Part shown: positions 57,168 to 64,000 of the stretch, piece after piece
Layout of the letters: each line of letters begins with the position of its first letter
Position numbering within the stretch: the first letter of the stretch is position 1
Source: an uncultured Candidatus Binatia bacterium
Lineage (GTDB): Bacteria; Desulfobacterota; Binatia; UBA9968; JAJDTQ01
Reading direction: 5' to 3'
NCBI GenBank assembly: GCA_965242525.1
Contig: OZ251459.1
Coordinates: 448,001 to 512,000, forward strand
Length of the DNA stretch: 64,000 bases
Notes under the pieces: model-generated
The model's database searches: none
The model's input: the letters and a program-made list of their open reading frames with translations, nothing else
What the model was told of the DNA's origin: nothing
Translations under genes and position numbers: made by a program

Positions 57168-57340
57168 TGGCAACCCTCCCCCGAACGCCCGGCGGTCAGG
57201 ATAGCATCGACCTTGCGGCAACGCGACAAGAGGCCATGAGCGGGGCCGCTTGCGGGTCATGGCCCGCACCCCGGCGCCGCGGCCATGCCGCGGATCCGGC
57301 GGGACCTCGCCGGTTGGCAATGGCCGCGGTTCGCGTTAGA

Positions 57341-57510
57341 GAAACCCGGAAGGATCGGGACAGAGGCAAGAGCGCGTCCTTCGACTCCGCTACGCTACGC
57401 TCAGGACGAACGGAGAACTTCGCTACGCTCAAGATGAACGGAGGACGAACGGGGATAGGAAGGTCAGGGTGAGGGAATCCATCCCGGATGTCCCGATCGT
57501 CCAGGGGTTC
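57341..57510. mobile_element. MITE-like element of the same family, with partial extra units
   Basis: GAAACCCGGAAGGATCGGGACA ... TGTCCCGATCGTCCAGGGGTTC with an internal TCCTTCGACTCCGCTACGCTACGCTCAGGACGAACGG. No target duplication visible. Confidence 0.65.
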
Positions 57511-57557
57511 CCCGGGGCATGGGGCACGGCCGCGGAGTATCAGCGGGAGGAAACGTC

Positions 57558-59795
57558 ATGGACATGGATCCGGTCCGGTACGAAGTGTTCCTGCATCGGT
57601 TGTGGGCCATCGGGGAGGAGGGGCGCCAGACCCTCCAGCGGGTGACGGCCTCTCCCATCGTGGCCCAGGGCGGCGAGGTCATGAGTTCGTTCTACGACAC
57701 CGGGGGGAAGATGGTGCTGGCCTGCTCGGGCCACCTGCGGTTCGCCGGCGCCACCTCCGACGCCATCAAGTACCTCATCGAGTGGTACGGCGAGTCTCCG
57801 GGCTTCTTCGACGGGGACCAGATCTTCTTCAACGACCCCTACGTGGCCGGCTCCCACACCTACGACATGATGGTCATCAAGCCCATATTCCACCGGGGCG
57901 AGCTCATCGCCTGGACCGCCACCAGCACCCACACCGCGGACACCGGCGGGCTGCTCCGAGGCGCGGCCTCCGAGATCTTCCACGAAGGCATCCGCATCCT
58001 CGGGGTCAAGGTGGTGGAGAAGGGCGAGTTCCGCGAGGACGTCTTCCGGACCCTCACCGAGCAGTGCCGCGACCCGCAGTACGTGGGGCTGGACCTGAAG
58101 GCCATGATCGCGGGCAACAACGTGTGCGGCAGACGCTACCTGGAGCTGCTGGAGAAGTTCGGGCCGGAGTTCCTGGAGGCCGCGGGCCGGAAGACCATCC
58201 GGGACTCCGAGGACATGGCGCGGGCCAAGCTCCGCTCCCTGCCGGACGGCCGGTGGGTGTCGCGCATCTACACCACGGCGCTGGACAAGCGGACCGGCGC
58301 GGCCATGCCCATCCGGGTCATGTGCTCGGCCATCAAGGAGGGGGACCGGCTGAAGCTCGACTTCGACGGCAGCAGCCCGCAGATGGCCAACGACGCCAAC
58401 TCCACGTTGCCCAGCACCATCGCCCACGTGGGCGTGGCCCTCACCAACACGCTCTTCTGGGACGTGCCCTGGAGCGACGGGAAGCTCGCGCCGGTGGAGG
58501 TGTCCGTGCCCGAGGGGACGGTGCTCAACTGCGTGTTTCCCGCGGCCTGCGGTTTCGCCCCCTGGATCGGCGAGAAGCTGGTGGCCGCGGTGGTGGAGTG
58601 CATGGCCAAGATGCTCTACGCCGCGGGCCGGCTGGAAGACGTGAACGCGAGCTGGTACGGCCTCTGGGCCGCGGGCGGGCCGGGGTACTTCCCCGGCGGC
58701 ACCAACCGGGAGGGCATCCGCACCGCCCAGGGGATCTACGACATCCACGGCGGCGGCCTGGGCGCCGCGCCGCACCGGGACGGGGTCAACACCGGCGGCC
58801 ACATGAACATCCCGTCCGGCGGCATCAGCGACGTGGAGCGCATCGAGATGCAGTATCCGCTCCTCTATTTCACCCGCAACCACAACATGGACGGCCCCGG
58901 CGCCGGCCGGCACAGGGGCGGCCTCGGCAGCTTCCGCGTGACTATGGTCTATGGCTCCCGGGACTTCACCAACGACTACAAGCCCTACGGCGGCATCCCC
59001 CAGGGCGCCTTCGGCCTGTTCGGCGGCTACCCGGTGGGCAGCGGCGCGTTCCGGGCCATATTCGACCCGGCCGGGGACGCGTGGGAGCGCATGAGGGCCG
59101 GCGACTACCCTACGCATCCCGCCCAGGCGGCGGGGGACGGCTGGGGGAAAGTGCGCATTCCCGAAGGCGCTCCGGAGCGGGTGGCGGTGCCGGAGTTCAG
59201 CCTCATGTCCGACTTCACCGCCAGCGGCGGCGGTTTCGGCGACCCCCTGGAACGGGAGCCCGAGCGGGTGGCCCGGGACGTGAAGATCCGGGCGGTGTCG
59301 AAGGAGGCCGCGGAACGCCTCTACGGCGTGGTCCTCGGCCCGGGGGCCCCGTCCGTGGACGCGGAAGCCACCGGGGAGAAGCGCCGGCAGATACGCGCCG
59401 AGCGCCTCGCCGCGGGAACGCTGCTGGCGCCGCCCGGCGTCGCCGACCGGGGGCGGAGCTGGCGTTCATGGCTGCGGATGCACGAGTACCTGGAGGTCGT
59501 GTCGGACGACGCCGGCGCCCGGGCGGTGCGCTGCGTCTGCTGCGGCTACCTGTTCTGCAGCCCGAGGGAGAACTACAAGAAGCACAGCGTCCGTCTCGTG
59601 GCCACTCCGGAGGAGCTTTCGGGGACTCGGCTCCCCTCGGGCGAGGACTATCTGGGGCGGTTCCACCTGTACGTGTGCCCGGGGTGCGCCACCCTGCTCC
59701 AGGTGGACGTGTACTGTCCCGCCCTCGGCGGCGAGGAAGACCTCATGGACATCTCCGTGGGCGGCCAGGGTCCCGGGGATGAGGCGCCTTCGTAG
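57558..59795 (+). CDS. Hydantoinase B/oxoprolinase protein fused to an acetone carboxylase gamma-like domain
   Basis: NDPY.AGSH..D, HTAD.GG, EIFHEG, DVERIE..YP, GAGRHRGG, GGGFGDPLER; C-terminal HEYLE...C.CCG..C...NYK...CPGCATLL.VD. Confidence 0.85.
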   Translation: MDMDPVRYEVFLHRLWAIGEEGRQTLQRVTASPIVAQGGEVMSSFYDTGGKMVLACSGHLRFAGATSDAIKYLIEWYGESPGFFDGDQIFFNDPYVAGSHTYDMMVIKPIFHRGELIAWTATSTHTADTGGLLRGAASEIFHEGIRILGVKVVEKGEFREDVFRTLTEQCRDPQYVGLDLKAMIAGNNVCGRRYLELLEKFGPEFLEAAGRKTIRDSEDMARAKLRSLPDGRWVSRIYTTALDKRTGAAMPIRVMCSAIKEGDRLKLDFDGSSPQMANDANSTLPSTIAHVGVALTNTLFWDVPWSDGKLAPVEVSVPEGTVLNCVFPAACGFAPWIGEKLVAAVVECMAKMLYAAGRLEDVNASWYGLWAAGGPGYFPGGTNREGIRTAQGIYDIHGGGLGAAPHRDGVNTGGHMNIPSGGISDVERIEMQYPLLYFTRNHNMDGPGAGRHRGGLGSFRVTMVYGSRDFTNDYKPYGGIPQGAFGLFGGYPVGSGAFRAIFDPAGDAWERMRAGDYPTHPAQAAGDGWGKVRIPEGAPERVAVPEFSLMSDFTASGGGFGDPLEREPERVARDVKIRAVSKEAAERLYGVVLGPGAPSVDAEATGEKRRQIRAERLAAGTLLAPPGVADRGRSWRSWLRMHEYLEVVSDDAGARAVRCVCCGYLFCSPRENYKKHSVRLVATPEELSGTRLPSGEDYLGRFHLYVCPGCATLLQVDVYCPALGGEEDLMDISVGGQGPGDEAPS

Positions 59796-59813
59796 GGTTC
59801 GACCACCGTTCCG

Positions 59814-60695
59814 TCATTCCCGGGCCTTCCCGTCCGGGGTCCGGTAGTAATGCCGGTAGTACCAGTCGGCGATCTCGCCCGCGGTGGTCTTCCACACGCC
59901 GTCGTGGGAGCAGATGTAGTCCAGGGCCCGGTCCAGGGCGCCGATGCGGAAGGGCAGGGCGGTGACGTACGGGTGCAGCGGGATGGCCATGACCCGTCCG
60001 CCCCGTTCGCCTTCCCGGTAGAGGGTGTCGAACTGGTCGCAGACCATCCGGTGGTACTCCGCCGGCGTATGGTTGGCGTGGACGAACAGGGAGATGTCGT
60101 TGATCCCCTGCTGGTAGGGGACCGTGACCATGCGGCCCGCCTTGACGCGCATGGGGACGGGCTGGTCGTCGCAGCCCCAGTCGCACAGGTACTCGAACCC
60201 CGCGGCGGCCAGGTGGTCCGGCGTGTCCCAGGTCTCCGCGAGGCCCGGACCCAGCCAGCCCTTGGGGGCCTTGCCCGTGAAGTGGGCGATGAGGTCGCGC
60301 ACCTTGCGTATGACCTTGCGCTCCTTCTTGGCGCCGTACGCGTTCATCCGCGTGTTGTTGTTCATGCCGTGGCCCAGCCATTCCCAGGAGCGCCGGTTGC
60401 CTTCCTCGATGATGGCCGGGTGCCGGGCGCACACCTCGGCGTTGAGCAGCACGCTCGCCCGCAGGTCGTAGCGGTCGAACACCTCCATCAGGCGGAACAC
60501 CCCTACCCGTGAGCCGTAGTCCCTCAGGGAATAGGACTGCACGTCCGGCAGCGGCTCGTGGACCCGGGGCAGGGCCTTGTCCACGTGGAAGCATTCGATG
60601 TTGGGCCCGAGCCAGAGGGCGACGCGTGCGCCCCCGGGCCATTCCAGCCGGGGCCGGTGGACGATGGGACTGTAGTCGTAACGCGTGCTGTGCAT
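59814..60695 (-). CDS. Polysaccharide deacetylase (PuuE-like CE4) family protein
   Basis: Same motifs as 56292-57167 (RDYGSRVGVFR, WLGHG, GWLGPGLAET, IPLHPY). Confidence 0.88.
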   Translation of the reverse strand: MHSTRYDYSPIVHRPRLEWPGGARVALWLGPNIECFHVDKALPRVHEPLPDVQSYSLRDYGSRVGVFRLMEVFDRYDLRASVLLNAEVCARHPAIIEEGNRRSWEWLGHGMNNNTRMNAYGAKKERKVIRKVRDLIAHFTGKAPKGWLGPGLAETWDTPDHLAAAGFEYLCDWGCDDQPVPMRVKAGRMVTVPYQQGINDISLFVHANHTPAEYHRMVCDQFDTLYREGERGGRVMAIPLHPYVTALPFRIGALDRALDYICSHDGVWKTTAGEIADWYYRHYYRTPDGKARE

Positions 60696-60899
60696 CGGCG
60701 TCGCCTCCGTGTGCGAGTGGTTTGCGAGATGTCCGATCGCGGGGACGGTCCATCCGGTCCCGCGGGGGCGGCGATGGTCGGTCCGGGACGGCCTTCCCGC
60801 GGTTTGCCCGCCGCCAACGTCGGGTGTAGCATGGGGAACCCGTGACCGTCTAATGGCAAAGGGGCGTGCGACCGCGATCGCACGCGAAGGGGAAACCCG

Positions 60900-62327
60900 A
60901 TGAAGCGGTTCTGGTGGATCTTCGTCCTGGTCCTGGTGGGAGCGGGCGGCGCGGGCGTCTTCTGGTACCGTCCCGCCCTCGTGGAGAGCAGGGTCGGCGC
61001 CCTGACCGGCGACATCTCCTCGCTGACGAGCCGGCTCCTCCCCGCGGAAGCGGAAACGGTCATGCCCTTCCAGCTTGCGGCGGTGGAGAAGGGGCGGATC
61101 TTCGCCCGCATCACCACCACCGGCACGGTGAACCCGGTGTCGTCCGTAACCGTCTCCACCCAGGTCTCCGGCACCATCGAGGACCTTCCGGTGGACGTGC
61201 CCATGCGCGTGAAGCAAGGCGACCTCATCGCGCGCCTGGACCAGGACCTGTTCCGCGCCGAAGTCCTGAAGGCGGAAGCGCGTGTGGCCAAGGCCGGGGC
61301 GGACCTGGCCCGGGAGCGCGCCGGCGTGCAGATGCTGAAGTCCCGCATCGCCGCCAGCATCGAGGGGTCCCGGGCCCAGTTCCGCAAGCTGGAAGAGCGG
61401 TACCGGCGCAACAAGGACCTAGTGTACCGCAACCTCATCTCCCACGACGAGTACGAGTCCGTCAAGGCGGACTTCGAGCTGGCCTCGGCCCGTTTCCGGG
61501 AGGAGTCCGCCCGGGTGGACGAGGTCAAGGTCAAGGAGGCGGTCATCTCCGGCCTCCGGGCCCAGCTCCGGCAGGCGGAGGCCGAGCTGGAGATCGCCCG
61601 GGTGCGGCTGAACCGCAGCGTCATACGGGCGCCGGTCTCGGGCATCGTCATCCACAAGACCGTGGAGGCCGGACAGACGGTGGCCGCGAGCCTGTCGTCG
61701 CCGCCGCTGGTGAAGATCGCGGAGCTCACCCACATGAAGGTGGACGCCTGGGTGGACGAAGCGGACATCGGCAAGGTGGAGGTGGGGCAGGACGTGGAGT
61801 TCCAGGTGGACTCGTACCCGGGCCGCGTCTTCGAGGGCAAGGTGGTGCGCATCTTCCCGTCCCCCGAGATCAAGGACAACGTGGTGACCTACGACACCGA
61901 GATCCGGGTGGCCAACGACGACTTGGCCCTCAAGCCCGGCATGACCGCCAACGTCACCGTGGTCCTGGCCCGGAAGGACGGCGTGCTGGTGGCGCCCAAC
62001 GCCGCCCTGCGGGTGCAGGGCCGGGCCATCCGCCAACTCTACCCGGACCTGGGCGGCGGCCCGGGCCGCCGCGGCCGCCGGCCGAGCCCCGAGCAGCGCC
62101 GCCGCCGGCGGGCGGAAGGACGGGGCGCGGTGTGGGTTTACCGGGACGGCCGGCCCCGGCGGCAACGCATCCGTTTCGGCGCCACCGACGCCCGGAACAT
62201 GGAGGTGGTGTCGGGTCTCCGGCAGGGGGACCAGGTCATCGTGGGGATCCGGGCGGAGGCCATGCAGGAAGCCGCGGCCGCGCCGCGGCGGTCCTGGGTG
62301 CGTTCGCGGATACTGGGAGGCCTCTAG
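60900..62327 (+). CDS. macA: Efflux periplasmic adaptor subunit (MacA-like)
   Basis: N-terminal TM, VSTQVSG, IRAPVSG.V, GQTVAASL, VDEADIG, LKPGMTA. Confidence 0.88.
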   Translation: MKRFWWIFVLVLVGAGGAGVFWYRPALVESRVGALTGDISSLTSRLLPAEAETVMPFQLAAVEKGRIFARITTTGTVNPVSSVTVSTQVSGTIEDLPVDVPMRVKQGDLIARLDQDLFRAEVLKAEARVAKAGADLARERAGVQMLKSRIAASIEGSRAQFRKLEERYRRNKDLVYRNLISHDEYESVKADFELASARFREESARVDEVKVKEAVISGLRAQLRQAEAELEIARVRLNRSVIRAPVSGIVIHKTVEAGQTVAASLSSPPLVKIAELTHMKVDAWVDEADIGKVEVGQDVEFQVDSYPGRVFEGKVVRIFPSPEIKDNVVTYDTEIRVANDDLALKPGMTANVTVVLARKDGVLVAPNAALRVQGRAIRQLYPDLGGGPGRRGRRPSPEQRRRRRAEGRGAVWVYRDGRPRRQRIRFGATDARNMEVVSGLRQGDQVIVGIRAEAMQEAAAAPRRSWVRSRILGGL

Positions 62328-62333
62328 CCGCGG

Positions 62334-64000
62334 ATGGAGCAGCAACCCGTCATCGAAGTGGAGGACCTCACCCGGGTCTATGACCTGGGCGAGCAACAGG
62401 TGGCCGCCCTCAAGGGCGTCTCCCTGAAGGTCTTCCCGGGCGAGGTGGTGGCCCTCATGGGGCCGTCCGGCTCCGGCAAATCGACCCTCATGAACGTCCT
62501 GGGTTGCCTGGATCGCCCCACCTCGGGCCATTACCGGCTCCGGGGGAAGGAGGTCGCGGCCCTGTCCTCCGACGAGATGGCGGCGCTGCGCAACCGGGAG
62601 ATCGGTTTCGTCTTCCAGAACTACAACCTCCTGGCCCGGACCACGGCCATGGAGAACGCCGAGCTGCCGGCCCTCTACAACGACACTCCGTCCACGCAAG
62701 CCAGCCGCAAGGCCCGGGAGGCCCTGCGGCTGGTGGGGCTCGGGGACCGGGAAGGGCACCGGCCCACGCAGTTGTCCGGCGGCCAGCAGCAGCGGGTGGC
62801 CATCGCCCGGGCCCTGCTCAACGACCCCCGCATCATCCTGGCGGACGAGCCCACCGGGAACCTCGATACCCGCACCGGCGCGGAGATCATCGAGCTCTTC
62901 AAAACCCTCAACCGGGAGCGGGGCATCACCATCGTCTTCGTCACCCACGACCCCGAGGTGGCGTCCCACGGGCAGCGCGTCATCCACTTCAAGGACGGGG
63001 CGGTGGAAAGGGAGGAGGCGGGGAGCGAGGGGCTCCCGGCGGAGTCGGCCCCGGCGCCGGAAGCCCGCGCCCCGGGCCGGGGGGGCCGGGGCGCGGGCCT
63101 CCGGGCCAACGTCCGTATCGCGTTGCGCGCCGTCCGGGTCAACAAGCTCCGGTCGGCCTTGACCATGCTGGGGGTCGTCATCGGCGTGGGCGCGGTCATC
63201 GCCATGGTGGCCATCGGCGAAGGGGCCAAGGCCCGGGTGGCCAAGCAGATGGAGCGCCTGGGGAGCAACCGGGTGTCGGTCTTTGCCGGGGCGGTGACCC
63301 GCGGCGGTCGGCGTCTGGGCGGGGCGAGGATCACGACCCTCACCGAGGCGGACGCCCGGGCCATACTGGAGGAGGTCCCGGACGTCACCGCGGTGGCGCC
63401 CGGGGTGCGGGGGTCGGCGCAGGTGGTGTACGGCAACAGGAACTGGCATTCGGCGCTCACAGGGACCACGCCGGACTACCTCGGCATCATGAACTGGGGC
63501 GTGGAGTCGGGCGACAACTTCACCGAGGACGACGTGCTCCTGAACCGGAAGGTGGCGCTGGTCGGCAAGACCGTGGCCAGGGAGCTCTTCGACGGCGCGT
63601 ACCCGGTGGGCCAGACCATCCGCATCAAGCACATACCGTTCGAGGTGGTGGGCGTGCTCAGGGAGCGGGGCACCTCCTCGTTCGCCGGGGACCTCGACGA
63701 CGTGGTGGTGGTGCCGTTGCGCACGGCCCAGAGAAAACTGTTGGGCATCCGTTACCTGCGCAACATCGAGATGAGCGCCCGGAGCAAGGAGGCCACCCGG
63801 AAGGTGCAGGACGACGTCACCGCGCTGCTGCGGGTGCGCCACAAGATCACCGGCGCCAAGCTGGACGACTTCCGCATCCGCAACCGCACCGAGATCGTCG
63901 AGGCGGCCAACGAAGCCGCGAGCACCCTGGGCTACCTGCTGGCGGGCATCGCCGGGGTGGCGCTCATCGTGGGCGGCATCGGCATCATGAACATCATGCT
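62334..64000 (+). CDS. macB: MacB-type fused ABC ATPase/permease, 3'-truncated and absent from the ORF track
   Basis: From ATG 62334: GPSGSGKST, LSGGQQQR, ADEPTGNLD, VTHD, then in frame NKLRSALTMLG and GGIGIMNIM at the window end. Confidence 0.9.
   Translation, partial: MEQQPVIEVEDLTRVYDLGEQQVAALKGVSLKVFPGEVVALMGPSGSGKSTLMNVLGCLDRPTSGHYRLRGKEVAALSSDEMAALRNREIGFVFQNYNLLARTTAMENAELPALYNDTPSTQASRKAREALRLVGLGDREGHRPTQLSGGQQQRVAIARALLNDPRIILADEPTGNLDTRTGAEIIELFKTLNRERGITIVFVTHDPEVASHGQRVIHFKDGAVEREEAGSEGLPAESAPAPEARAPGRGGRGAGLRANVRIALRAVRVNKLRSALTMLGVVIGVGAVIAMVAIGEGAKARVAKQMERLGSNRVSVFAGAVTRGGRRLGGARITTLTEADARAILEEVPDVTAVAPGVRGSAQVVYGNRNWHSALTGTTPDYLGIMNWGVESGDNFTEDDVLLNRKVALVGKTVARELFDGAYPVGQTIRIKHIPFEVVGVLRERGTSSFAGDLDDVVVVPLRTAQRKLLGIRYLRNIEMSARSKEATRKVQDDVTALLRVRHKITGAKLDDFRIRNRTEIVEAANEAASTLGYLLAGIAGVALIVGGIGIMNIM

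Overview
Very GC-rich (about 70% by eye) bacterial chromosome segment, probably from a diderm since it encodes a trimeric autotransporter, TTT transporters and MacAB. Most of it is catabolic gene clusters: amidohydrolases, cupin dioxygenases, acyl-CoA enzymes, a UbiD-family decarboxylase, DHDPS-like aldolases and a hydantoinase B. Four things stand out. (1) A clearly lower-GC island at about 11.2-18.75 kb holds a tightly coupled five-gene operon (AAA-type ATPase, wHTH-PLD nuclease, second AAA-type ATPase, HerA-like ATPase, unknown protein) convergent on an amino-DNA methyltransferase. It is a candidate undescribed anti-phage or restriction-like system. (2) A UGSC-motif selenoprotein (18954-19550) is split in two by the ORF track; it has an in-frame TGA and a SECIS-like hairpin and heads an operon with its usual partner and an acyl-CoA dehydrogenase pair. 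(3) A family of small TIR-bounded MITE-like elements carries a 33-bp REP-like unit; one copy has an exact 6-bp target duplication, five tandem units and sits inside an older copy. (4) A 27-nt homopolymer lies inside a putative leader ORF upstream of a YadA-like adhesin, a candidate phase-variation switch. I recognised no rRNA, tRNA, cas gene, integrase or transposase. All product calls come from motif recognition by eye, not database searches.
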